From Aquificaceae bacterium (GTDB taxonomy: Bacteria > Aquificota > Aquificia > Aquificales > Aquificaceae), in NCBI GenBank assembly GCA_041640635.1, contig JBEPZX010000008.1, positions 8,470 to 72,469 on the forward strand: a stretch of DNA of 64,000 bases, given 5' to 3'. A model generated the notes under the pieces. That model was not told the DNA's origin. It saw nothing but the letters and a program-made list of their open reading frames with translations, and did no database searches. Positions 40,336 to 53,077 of the stretch are shown here, piece by piece. Positions within the stretch are counted from its first letter, which is position 1. Each line of letters opens with the position of its first letter. The position numbers and the translations under genes are program-made.

Positions 40336-41556
40336 TTATTTCTTACTCTTTACATAGTTCTCCCAGTTTTCTGGTGTGAAGGGTGAGATCTCTCTCAGCA
40401 GCTTTATTGTCTTTGGAAACTCCTGCACGATGTATTCTACATCTTCATCAGTATTGTCTCTACCAAAGCTAAACACCAGTGAACCGTTTGCTACTTCCTT
40501 CGGAACACCAACTGCAAACAATACATGGGACTGCTTTAGTGCCAAAGAAACACACGCAGAACCCGAAGCTGTCTCTATCCCGATTAAGTCTAACCTAAGC
40601 AGCATAGCTTCCCCTTCTATAAGGTGCACTATGAGAGATAGGTGATGAGGTAAGCGTTGAGTTGGGTGTCCTGTAAACTCTATATAATCTAATTGTTCTT
40701 GGATCGCTTTTTTAAGTCTATCTCTATAGCCAGATAGTCTTGCCATCCTGTCCTGGAGTTCTTTCTGTGTTAATTCGCATGCTGCACCAAATCCAACGAT
40801 TCCTGGTACATTTTCCGTCCCAGCTCTTACTCCTCTTTCTTGAACACCACCTTCTATTAAGGGTCTTACCTTCACACCTTTACGTGTCCAAAGAGCACCT
40901 ACTCCCTTTGGACCATACATAAGATGAGCGGTGAAAGAAGCAGCATCTACTCCCCACTCTTTTACATCCACAGGGTAATGTCCCAAAGTAGGGCATGCAT
41001 CCGTATGGAATATTACTTTTGGATTTTTTGCTTTGGCAGCTTGCACCAGATCCTTTATGTTTTGAATAGTTCCTATTTCTCTATTGGAGTGTCCTATGCT
41101 TACCAAAACAGTATCAGGGCGTATAGCTTCTGCTAATTGATCTGGGTGTATTAGTCCATACTTGTCAGGCTTTAGGTATGTGACTTCCCAACCTTTCTTT
41201 TCCAAGTTTTTTAAAGGATGAAGTATGGAGTGATGCTCTATTTCTGTGGTTACTATGTGCTTGCCTTTTTTCTCGTAAGCTTCAGATATGCCTTTTATAG
41301 CCAAATTGTTGGACTCTATACCACCAGAGGTGAATATTATTTCTTCTGGCGTATTTGCATTTATTAGATTGGATAGTTTCTCTCTTGCCTCGTTGATTGC
41401 TTTTTTGGCTATCTGTCCAAAGCTGTGCAGAGATGTGGGATTACCAAAGTGCTCTCTAAAGTATGGAAGCATGGCTTCCAGCACTTCCTGTGCTACAGGT
41501 GTCGTAGCTATATGGTCTAGGTAAACGACCTTTGCCCCTGCCTTTTTGATAAACAT
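40336..41556 (-). CDS. Cysteine desulfurase (IscS/NifS) homologue lacking the PLP-binding lysine
   Basis: YLD..ATTP, FGNP, FTSGG.ESNN, RAGTEN and SGSAC are present, but the HK motif reads TAHLMYGPKG. Confidence 0.88.
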   Translation of the reverse strand: MFIKKAGAKVVYLDHIATTPVAQEVLEAMLPYFREHFGNPTSLHSFGQIAKKAINEAREKLSNLINANTPEEIIFTSGGIESNNLAIKGISEAYEKKGKHIVTTEIEHHSILHPLKNLEKKGWEVTYLKPDKYGLIHPDQLAEAIRPDTVLVSIGHSNREIGTIQNIKDLVQAAKAKNPKVIFHTDACPTLGHYPVDVKEWGVDAASFTAHLMYGPKGVGALWTRKGVKVRPLIEGGVQERGVRAGTENVPGIVGFGAACELTQKELQDRMARLSGYRDRLKKAIQEQLDYIEFTGHPTQRLPHHLSLIVHLIEGEAMLLRLDLIGIETASGSACVSLALKQSHVLFAVGVPKEVANGSLVFSFGRDNTDEDVEYIVQEFPKTIKLLREISPFTPENWENYVKSKK

Positions 41557-41559
41557 GTT

Positions 41560-42594
41560 TTACCTCCTTAAAATTTCATTTGTTACCAACTTTGCTATGC
41601 TTAAAAATGCCTTTGAGACTTCTGAATCTGGATGGGACTCTACAACTGGTATCCCTTTATCTGAGGTCTCCGCAACCTCTGGGTCTATGGGTATAGCTCC
41701 CAAAACTTTAGTTCCGTATGTATTCGCAAACTCAACGGTTTTGCCTTTACCAAATATGTAATACTTCTTGTTAGTCTCTGGACACACAAAGTAGGACATA
41801 TTTTCTATAACACCTACTATAGGTATTTGAACCTCTTTAAACATAGAAGCAGCTTTCTTCACATCCGCCAAAGCTACATCCTGTGGAGTGGTAACTATTA
41901 TGGCTCCTTCAATCTCTACATTTTGTGCCAATGTAAGTTGCACGTCACCTGTGCCTGGAGGTAAATCTAAAACTAAAAAGTCTAAATCTCCCCATCTTAC
42001 ATCAAACAGGAACTGCGTAAGAGCTTTCATTAGCATAGGTCCACGCCAAATAATTGGAGTGTCTTCAGATGGTAGCAAAAAGCCAATAGAAAGTGTTTTT
42101 ATGTTGTACCTTTCTAAGGGGATTATCTTGTTGCTTTCATCTACGCTAACTCGCTCTCCTTTTATACCCAAAATGGTAGGAATACTAGGACCGTATATAT
42201 CTGCATCTAGCAAACCTACCTTGTAACCTAGTTTAGAAAGAGCCAAAGCCAAATTGGCAGAAACCGTAGATTTGCCTACTCCGCCTTTCCCACTTCCTAC
42301 AATTAGTATGTTTTTTATACCATCCACCTTTCTCCTAGAAAAGATTGTCTGTCCAGAAGTTTGCTGAGGTACGCTCTCTTCTACAAATCTTATTTTAAGA
42401 TTCTGCACATCTGAGAGAGACTGCACTACCTGTCTCGTTACATCTTCTATGACCTTTTCTAAATCCCTTTTAGGTAGCCGATAAACTACTTCCAACAAGC
42501 CTCCTATAAGTTTTATATCCTTTACTAGATCAGACAACTTCCATTGATCTATAGTTTTATTTTTAAAAGCATCCATTATTTCTTTAACTGCCAT
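41560..42594 (-). CDS. mrp: Mrp/NBP35 (ApbC) Fe-S carrier ATPase
   Basis: GKGGVGKST, DADIYGPS, WRGPM, DLPPGTGD, ENMS. Confidence 0.92.
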   Translation of the reverse strand: MAVKEIMDAFKNKTIDQWKLSDLVKDIKLIGGLLEVVYRLPKRDLEKVIEDVTRQVVQSLSDVQNLKIRFVEESVPQQTSGQTIFSRRKVDGIKNILIVGSGKGGVGKSTVSANLALALSKLGYKVGLLDADIYGPSIPTILGIKGERVSVDESNKIIPLERYNIKTLSIGFLLPSEDTPIIWRGPMLMKALTQFLFDVRWGDLDFLVLDLPPGTGDVQLTLAQNVEIEGAIIVTTPQDVALADVKKAASMFKEVQIPIVGVIENMSYFVCPETNKKYYIFGKGKTVEFANTYGTKVLGAIPIDPEVAETSDKGIPVVESHPDSEVSKAFLSIAKLVTNEILRR

Positions 42595-42635
42595 ACAATA
42601 CCTCCTTATATGTTAGAATATATGTAAAAGAAGCC

Positions 42636-43472
42636 ATGAATTATATGCCACAAATCATTAATTATATTAGTAGCAAAAAAGATACAGTGGAGATATACAT
42701 TGTTCCTAACGCTTCTCCTATGGAGAGGAGTGGAAATCTTCTCATAAAAATAATAGATAGTGTCCTAACCTCAGAAGATGTAAGGGATACACTTGTAGCT
42801 CTAAAAAGTCACACTCCTCATGCTCTAGGACCATTAGGTAAAGAAGGCTCATTCTCCTTTGGACTCCATGGCATCGGAAGATTTAGAATAACTTACATGA
42901 TTCAGAGAGGAAGCTATGTAATTCATATAGTAAAAACACCTCATGAAGTTCCCTTACTGCAAAATCTATGTGAAGATAGCTCAATAATAAAAAAACTTGA
43001 AGAAGTAGTCCTACACGGTTCGGGTTTATTACCTATCATAGGGAAAAATTCAATAAAAGCTACAGTATTTATATACTCATTACTTAAGCATATATGTTCC
43101 AATTATACAAAGGTGGTATTCATACTAGAAGATCCTTTAAGCTTTCTTCTTAGACACGATAAATCTCTTGTAATACAAAGAGAAGTGGGTTCGGATGTAG
43201 AAAGTTTTGAAGAAGGTTTGCGGGATGCAATACTCTTAAATCCTGACATAATCTACATAGGATTTAGAGGGTTCCTACCTAGTAACGAGTTAATAAGCAT
43301 TGTAAGACTCATAGAACTCGATACCACAGTAGTTATACACTTCCCTTATATGGAAACGAGTAGGTTCTTGCGAGAGTTCAATATGAATAAAGAATACATA
43401 AAATCCTTTGTTATAGTTAAGGATGGTACCACATCAAAAGATAAATTGAATATAGAAATCACAGAACCATAA
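42636..43472 (+). CDS. Degenerate PilT-like ATPase
   Basis: GRFRI, LEDP..F, QREVGSD..SF..GLR.A...NPDII.IG; Walker A not recognisable. Confidence 0.7.
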   Translation: MNYMPQIINYISSKKDTVEIYIVPNASPMERSGNLLIKIIDSVLTSEDVRDTLVALKSHTPHALGPLGKEGSFSFGLHGIGRFRITYMIQRGSYVIHIVKTPHEVPLLQNLCEDSSIIKKLEEVVLHGSGLLPIIGKNSIKATVFIYSLLKHICSNYTKVVFILEDPLSFLLRHDKSLVIQREVGSDVESFEEGLRDAILLNPDIIYIGFRGFLPSNELISIVRLIELDTTVVIHFPYMETSRFLREFNMNKEYIKSFVIVKDGTTSKDKLNIEITEP

Positions 43473-44631
43473 CTTCTGGTGGTGGGAAGCCATTAAAGTG
43501 TGCACCATAAACGGTAGTGTATGCACCCGCTGAAAGAATGTAAAGATAATCGCCTACATCTAGTTCAGGTAGCGCTACACTCTTGGCAATTACATCCATG
43601 CTATCGCAGGATATGCCACCTACGGTCCATTCTTTAAGTTCTCCCTCCCTTTGAGCATAGAAAGGATACCTTATACCTCCTAAAGCTTCCGCAAGTCCGT
43701 TGAATACACCTGTATCTATGTATAACCAATCCTCATTCCCTCTCTTAGCTTTTCCAATAACTCTGGTTATCATCAAACCTTGATCTCCTACTATCCCTCT
43801 TCCAGGTTCTATCTGGAGTTCATGAGGAGGAATTGGAAAGTATTTCTGCAAAAGACCTCTTATATAGTATCCTATATCTTCTATACGCAGGGATTCGTAG
43901 GAGTATTTAACGGGTATACCACCTCCCATGTTTAACATCTGTAGCTTTAGGCCCTCGTAACTTGCCCTTTGCCAGAGTTCGCTAGCTTTTTTGATGGCTA
44001 TAAACCAGTTCCTATAGTTGTTGCACTGAGATCCAACATGAAAGGTTATACCGTAAGGAATAAGTCCTTTATCCTTTGAGTATTTAAGAATTTCTAAGGC
44101 TGTGTCTGTATCAACTCCAAACTTTTTAGAAAGAGGCCAATCGCTACCTTCGTTAGGCACTACGATTCTCACATAAACCCTAAAGCGTTTAGAGACCTTG
44201 CATAACTTATCCACCTCAGTAAAGGAGTCAACTACGAGCCTATCTACACCAATTTTATAAGCGTAATCTATAAAATCCAAAGGCTTTACGGGATTGCTGG
44301 ATATTATTCTATCCGCTCTTACGCCTAGAGAAAGAACCTTTTCCAACTCTGGTGTAGAGGCTACCTCAAAGCCAGAGCCCAGTCCCGCTAAAGTTTTTAT
44401 AACATCTATATGGTCATTTGCTTTTACGGCATAATAAACCTTTACAAAAGGCATATGATACTTTATGGAAATGTACCTGCTTTTTATACCTTCTGAATCC
44501 ATAAGAAGTAGAGGCGTTTTGGTAGGTTGAAGGTGTGGCAGAAAGTGTTCTCTGGTGGATACAAACTCCTGAAAGTAGCGCTTAGCAAAATCAAACTGTA
44601 TCTGTTTTAGATCTAAGGTTTGCTCAACCAT
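43459..44631 (-). CDS. Fold-type III PLP decarboxylase (ornithine/lysine/arginine)
   Basis: YAVKAN, KFG, FHVGSQ, GGG, EPGR, CDSMD, GAY...FNGF. Confidence 0.9.
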   Translation of the reverse strand: MVEQTLDLKQIQFDFAKRYFQEFVSTREHFLPHLQPTKTPLLLMDSEGIKSRYISIKYHMPFVKVYYAVKANDHIDVIKTLAGLGSGFEVASTPELEKVLSLGVRADRIISSNPVKPLDFIDYAYKIGVDRLVVDSFTEVDKLCKVSKRFRVYVRIVVPNEGSDWPLSKKFGVDTDTALEILKYSKDKGLIPYGITFHVGSQCNNYRNWFIAIKKASELWQRASYEGLKLQMLNMGGGIPVKYSYESLRIEDIGYYIRGLLQKYFPIPPHELQIEPGRGIVGDQGLMITRVIGKAKRGNEDWLYIDTGVFNGLAEALGGIRYPFYAQREGELKEWTVGGISCDSMDVIAKSVALPELDVGDYLYILSAGAYTTVYGAHFNGFPPPEVMVL

Positions 44632-44678
44632 GATATAAAAATAATGCAAAATTTTAAAGTTTACATGAAAATATTGTT

Positions 44679-45581
44679 ATGAGATATAAAATCACTGTGC
44701 CTGCAAGCACTAGTAATCTAGGATGTGGATTTGATACCTTTGGACTTGCACTAAAGCTTTACAATGAGTTCACCATTGAACCTTTTAACACTTACCATTT
44801 ACAGATAGAAGGTGAGGGAAAAGATCTGCCAAAAGACGAAAACAATCTATTTGTGAGAGTCTATAGGGAATGTTTTAGAGTCTTTGGTGGAAAAGAGATT
44901 GCTTTGAAAGTTTTGCAAAAAAACAGTATTCCTACATCGAGAGGATTGGGTTCTTCATCTACAGCTATTGTAGGTGGTGTCTTAGCTTACCAAGCCATAT
45001 CGGAAAAAAACCTAGAAATAGAAGAAGTCTTACATCTAACTTACAAATTTGAACCGCACTTCGATAACATACTTCCGGCTATGTTGGGAGGATTTGTCGT
45101 ATGTGCCAATAATGGAAGCCATGTGGATTTTGTGAAGCTACCCTTTCCAGCTGATCTCTTGCTGGTATTTGTTGTTCCAGAGTTTGAGCTCTCTACAGAA
45201 GAAGCCAGAAAGGTTATAAAAAGAGAAGTATCCCTTGAGGATGCTGTAAACAATATACAAAGAGCCAGTCTATTTTTAGCTTCCTTATTTACCGGCATGT
45301 ATCCAACACTAAAGGAAGGTGTAAAAGATAAATTGCATCAACCCTATAGAGCAAACCTCATACCTGCATACCATCAAGTAGTTCAATCTGGTTACGAAGC
45401 GGGAGCATTGGCTGTATTTTTGAGTGGTGCAGGTCCTACAATAGGCAGTATCTGCTTAGAAAATCCCCACAAAGTAGCTAACGCTATGGTAGAAGCATTC
45501 AAAAAAGCAGGAATACAAGCCAAAGCCCTGATTCTGCAGCACGATGAGCAGGGTAGCAAATGTGAAAGTATTAACACTTGA
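44679..45581 (+). CDS. thrB: Homoserine kinase
   Basis: PASTSNLG.GFD, IPTSRGLGSSS, LHQPYR, SGAGPT. Confidence 0.95.
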   Translation: MRYKITVPASTSNLGCGFDTFGLALKLYNEFTIEPFNTYHLQIEGEGKDLPKDENNLFVRVYRECFRVFGGKEIALKVLQKNSIPTSRGLGSSSTAIVGGVLAYQAISEKNLEIEEVLHLTYKFEPHFDNILPAMLGGFVVCANNGSHVDFVKLPFPADLLLVFVVPEFELSTEEARKVIKREVSLEDAVNNIQRASLFLASLFTGMYPTLKEGVKDKLHQPYRANLIPAYHQVVQSGYEAGALAVFLSGAGPTIGSICLENPHKVANAMVEAFKKAGIQAKALILQHDEQGSKCESINT

Positions 45582-46245
45582 TATAGGAAACACAACCGTA
45601 GATGCTTGTTATTTTGATGGAGCAAATCTAAACTATGTAGGAAAGTTTACACATAACGAAATACAAAGCCTAAAAGGAAATTGGGATTTGGTTTTTGTTT
45701 CTTCTGTTAAACCTAGTATCAATAATAAAGTAAGAGAAATTTTCCCTCAGGCTAAACTTATAAACTACAAAGAAGTAAACATTGCTACACGAGGAATGCA
45801 AAAAAGTAAAGTAGGGATAGACAGGCTTCTAAATCTTTACGGTGCTCTAAACTTTTACGCAACTGATGCTGTACTTTTGCTATGTGGCACGGCTTTGGTC
45901 GTGGATATATTGATAGACGGAGTATTTTTAGGTGGATTTATCACCCTTGGTTTGTCAAATAAACTAAGGTGTCTTCACGAAAAAGCGGAACTTATACCTT
46001 ACTTTGAACTTCAGAATTTAAACGTTGCCTTTGGAAAAGATACCAAGTCCGCAGTGGTAGGGGGTGTCATAAAAGAAGCAAAAGCGTTTGTAGAAAAGGT
46101 CAAAAGCGATGTAGAAAAGGATACTAAAAAAACTCTCAGCTTAATAGTAACTGGAGGAGATGGTTGGGTATTCGAAGATATGGGGATTTACGATAAACTA
46201 CTAATTCACAAAGCTATTTTGCACCTAAAGGGTTTTATTACATGA
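45562..46245 (+). CDS. coaX: Type III pantothenate kinase
   Basis: LDIGNT, GIDR, GTA, GGFI, TGGDG; start placed at GTG 45562. Confidence 0.9.
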   Translation: MKVLTLDIGNTTVDACYFDGANLNYVGKFTHNEIQSLKGNWDLVFVSSVKPSINNKVREIFPQAKLINYKEVNIATRGMQKSKVGIDRLLNLYGALNFYATDAVLLLCGTALVVDILIDGVFLGGFITLGLSNKLRCLHEKAELIPYFELQNLNVAFGKDTKSAVVGGVIKEAKAFVEKVKSDVEKDTKKTLSLIVTGGDGWVFEDMGIYDKLLIHKAILHLKGFIT

Positions 46246-46599
46246 GCTTTTCCAAAACATATTCACCACAAGGAACTCGATAAATTTCCAGATGTTACGT
46301 GCTAACTTGCTTTTTCGTAGTGCATATTATACGTGATAAAGCCTTCATTGAAATAAAAAAATTGTTTACTTCTCTGTTTAAAAGCGCAGCAGGAGAAAAT
46401 CAAAGAAGTATTACCCAAAATGGGAAGCATCCCAGATTCAGTGATGGAAAATAAATAAAGCTCACCACATAACATTGTCTACTAAACATACACAGAAAGT
46501 AAGCCTTATAAAGCAATTAAAAGTATCCTTCACTATTGGTATACCACTAAAACAAACTGACATCCACTGGTTAGAAGAGAAGTTATTGAAGAAAAGGGA

Positions 46600-47640
46600 A
46601 TAGGTATCTTTGGAGATATTTTGGAGATATTGAAAAAAAAGTTATGGAAGCTGTTGAGAAAGAAGCAGTTAAATCTAAAGGTTTATTCAAGGAGTTCTGG
46701 TAAAGATTAGTGAGGAATGGTAGTGAAACAAAGAAGATAAAGACATTACTTGGGACTTTACCAATAAAGAGGACAAGGCTTGGTTGCTGTAGGTGTAGGA
46801 AGGATATTTATCCTTTAGATGAGACCATTGGGCAGTTATGAGAAATTCAGTTTAAAGAAGTTCACAAGGTTAGAGGTTTTACACAATAAGATACACACAA
46901 TAGCATTGGAAGAAGGAAAAAGGATAGAGTCATGGGAGGAAGAAAGGCGCTCTAAGATAAAAGAGGCAGAGGGTTTAGGAGGGTCTTTGAGAAAGAGTCC
47001 TGAAGTTTTTCATATTCACGTAGATGGCACAGGGGTAAATAAAGGTAGGGACGAGTTTCAGTGAGAGGGTTTTGATTTCAAAAAAGAGGGTATGGATAAT
47101 GGATAACAAAAGTTACGTCCCTGTTGAAGATGCGGAGTCTTTCAGGGAGAAGTTTTATGTGGATTGTGTAAGGTGGATTTGCAACTTGAGGGGGAGCTAT
47201 TTCCCTGAGACTACAGGAGTACTGGACATGTGGCATTTAAAGAGGGAGTTTAAGAAGGTATTTGGAGTTGGGGGTAGTAATTTAGTTGCTTATCTTAAGG
47301 ATCTTGCATTAAAAGGTGGGGCAAAGAGGATAGTAGAGATGTTAAGAGAGGAGGCATTGAGGCAAAGGGGAGAGATAAAAACAAAGGTTAAGGATCATAT
47401 AGAGCATGTGAGTAACAACTACCAGTGGATAGAGAACACACCGCTGATATTACAGTTGCCGAGATGTTTAAGAAGAAAGGCATGAGCTAGTATAAGAGTG
47501 ATGCAAATCCTTTAGTGAGGGCTTTTGAAACTCAATGGCGAATGGGATATCTACTGGAAACAGCGGTGAAAGGAGTTACTCAGGTATGCAGACTGAATTT
47601 TATCACGGAAAAAAGATGCTTACCCCAAAATGCACACCGG
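46600..47640 (+). pseudogene. Degraded ISLre2/ISKra4-like DDE transposase remnant
   Basis: Broken frames give KKIKTLLGTLPIKRTR..CCRC..IYPLDE, HIHVDGTG, LDMWHL and RCLRRK; multiple stops and frameshifts; purine-skewed sequence. Confidence 0.7.
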
Positions 47641-47708
47641 AAAGTTCTAAAGTGTATAACGTTTAATTAAAACTTTGAACATCTAATAAACTAAAGAGGA
47701 AAAACTAT

Positions 47709-48386
47709 CTACCCATCCGGAAGAACTACTTGGTAGAAGTTTTTAGCTACGGGATGTTTGGAAGTGGACTCTTCCTCTCTTACAATTCGATAGGTGTGCA
47801 TACCTGCAGACTTTGCACAATCTAGTTCCTCTTCTACATCAGACAAAAAGAGAATATCATCTGCCTGTGTATCTATAGATTTTGCTATTTCTAAATATGA
47901 ATTTACCTCCTTTTTGCTCCCTATTTTCGTATCAAAAAAGCCATTAAATAGGTACGTTATGTCTCCGTATACAGAATATGAGAAAAAAAGCTTCTGAGCT
48001 TTTACCGAACCTGAAGAAAACACATATATTTTCAAACCTTTTTCCTTCCACTCCTTCAGTTTTTCATAAGCATCCGGGTATATGTGACCTTTTAGTTCCC
48101 CGTTTTTAAAGCCTTCTTCCCAAATTAAGCCTTGCAGCTCTTTTAAAGCCGTTTCTTTTAAGTCCTTTTCTATCCATTCTTTAAAAATCTCAGTAGCTTC
48201 TTCTAAGCTTACCTGCTTAGATAGTTTTTGAGATAGTAGGTTTATTATTTGCCTTACCTCCTGTGTGTCCCAGTTTTCTTTTAAAAAACTTCCCAACCTT
48301 TGCAAAGAGTAAGGAAACATGACGTCCTTGACGTAAGATATAGAAGATATAGTTCCTTCTATATCTGTAAGAATTGCTTTAATCAT
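47709..48386 (-). CDS. mtnC: Enolase-phosphatase E1
   Basis: HAD motif DIEGT, LKELQGLIW, SSGSVKAQ, FLSD. Confidence 0.93.
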   Translation of the reverse strand: MIKAILTDIEGTISSISYVKDVMFPYSLQRLGSFLKENWDTQEVRQIINLLSQKLSKQVSLEEATEIFKEWIEKDLKETALKELQGLIWEEGFKNGELKGHIYPDAYEKLKEWKEKGLKIYVFSSGSVKAQKLFFSYSVYGDITYLFNGFFDTKIGSKKEVNSYLEIAKSIDTQADDILFLSDVEEELDCAKSAGMHTYRIVREEESTSKHPVAKNFYQVVLPDG

Positions 48387-48930
48387 TTTATGTTTATAAC
48401 CTCATCGTGCGTAGGAAACTTTTTAGAGATGGAACTTCCCGTGAAAGAAGCAACCCATCCATCAGGTATAGAAAAGAACCTTATGGCTTTGAAGCTTGGT
48501 TTGCTTCCCATATCAAACCAGTGAGGTGTGTTAGCAGGTACGCTTATGAAATCTCCATCTTCACAGAGGGTTACATAAACTCTGTCCTTTATGTGTAAAT
48601 AGAAGGTTCCACTTCCGTAAACAAAGTATCGTACCTCAAAGTCTGAATGAGTGTGTTCATTCAAAAACATATTCCTTAGCTCTTCCTTTTTTGGATGGTC
48701 TGGCGTCAAAGATACTACATCTATAGATTGGAAGTTATACATTTTGTTTATTCTGTCTATTTCCTCTTTGTAAGCTTGCAAAACTTCTTGGGGTGTTGCT
48801 GACTCATCCAGATTTTTTGTTTCCCATTTTTCTAACGTAACACCTAAATTTTCAAGCTTTTGAGAGATTTCCCTGTAATCGTAAACCTTTTCCAAAAGGT
48901 TACCTTCTTCGTCGTATATAAGTAGCAAAG

Positions 48931-48934
<4 letters not shown>
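48383..48934 (-). CDS. mtnD: Acireductone dioxygenase
   Basis: FLNEHTH..EVR.F..GSG, VPANTPHWFD, GW. Confidence 0.93.
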
Positions 48935-51453
<2,519 letters not shown>

Positions 51454-53077
51454 TCTGTAATAAGATGCTACCCTCTCCGCCAATTCTCTAAAATATGGAG
51501 CCGCCACAGTACCACCGTACACGTTAGGACCTTTTGGTTCGTCAACCATTATACCAGCTACAATTTTTGGCTCTGTGGCTGGAAAGTAACCCACAAAGTA
51601 AGCCACAAGTTTTTCTCTGGAGTACTTGCCTATGCTAAAATCAAACTTCTGAGATGTACCTGTTTTTCCAGCTATATAAAAGTAGTTGGATCTTGCTAGC
51701 TGAGCTGTTCCCTCTTCAACGACCTTTATCATATTTGTTCTTAACCACCTGAAAGTCCTTTCCGAAAAAACGCCATCCTTTAAAACCAATGTTTCGTCGT
51801 TAAGCAGTATTTTGGGCTTCACAATCTTATTAGTTGCCAACCCACCAAAGGCGACGCAAAGATTCAGCAAGTTAGTAGCTAACCCTTGCCCTATACTAAC
51901 ATACAGCAAATTGGCTGGGTAGTATAAGTTAGGCAGTTTGGGCTTTGTTTCTCCTGGAAGAACTCCAAAGGTGTTGTTTAAATGTATTGTATCTATAAGC
52001 TCTTCAACATCTTTTCTGGAAAGGTATCTGGCTATCTTTATGGTACCTATGTTTGAAGATTTTATTAATATCTGGTCAATAGTAAGGTATTTACTTGGTT
52101 TTACATCTTTCACGTACCTACCATAAACCTCTATTCTATCCCCTATGCTCGTTCCAAAGTTTTCACCTACATACCCTCTGTCTAATGCTTTCCCTACAAA
52201 AAACGGCTTTAAGGTAGAACCAGGTTCAAAAATATCTGTAACAGCGTAATTCCTCCTTTGCCATTGTTTGTATTTCCAATAAAAGTTAGGATCGTAATTA
52301 GGATACGTGGATAAAGCAAGTATGTCACCATTTGTTACATCCATAACAAGTATAGCTACACGCCTTGGACTCCATTGCTTAACGATTTTTTCTGTTATAT
52401 CTTCAGTTATTATCTGAACACCTATATCTATTGTAGTTTTAATGTCTCTAACTTTAAAAGACTCTTCTTTGTAAGGGTCTAAAATCATACTACCTCCAGC
52501 AAAGAATACAGCTTTTACGCTTTTACCTCCTATGGTATCTTCGAGAGCATACTCCAAACCTTCCAATCCTCTTCCATCCAATCCGACAAAACCTATTAGG
52601 TTACTTGCCATGGTTCCGTGTGGATAGAATCTTTTAAAATCTTCTTGAATACCAACAGCAGGCTTGTTATCTGTTTCTCTGATGACCCTTTCAATCAGAT
52701 TTCTTTTTTCTTTATCTACCTTGAAAGCTAACCAAACAAATTTTTTCTCTGTATCGAGTTTTTCCCTTATTGTTACATCGGGAACATCTAATATAGCTGA
52801 TAGCCTCCTTACAAACTCATCTTTGTTTTTTATAAACCTTGGAAAAGCATAAACAGATATAGTAGGTATACTTATCGCAAGATCTTTATCGTTTCTATCT
52901 AAGATAGCTCCCCTGTAAAGAATGAGATTTTCAACTTTAACTTTAGGGAAATCCTCTGCAATCCTTTCTACAAGAGCCCTTCTCTCTAAGATTTGTATTC
53001 GAAAGAGATTAATTAATATCCATAAAAATATCAGAACTAAAAAAGGAATTATTAGCAATATACGTGCATTACTCTTT

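Noticed and set aside
46411..47640. Terminal inverted repeats and target duplication defining an intact IS
   Set aside because: The similar motifs are in direct orientation and no convincing inverted pair or TSD was found, so boundaries are left approximate.
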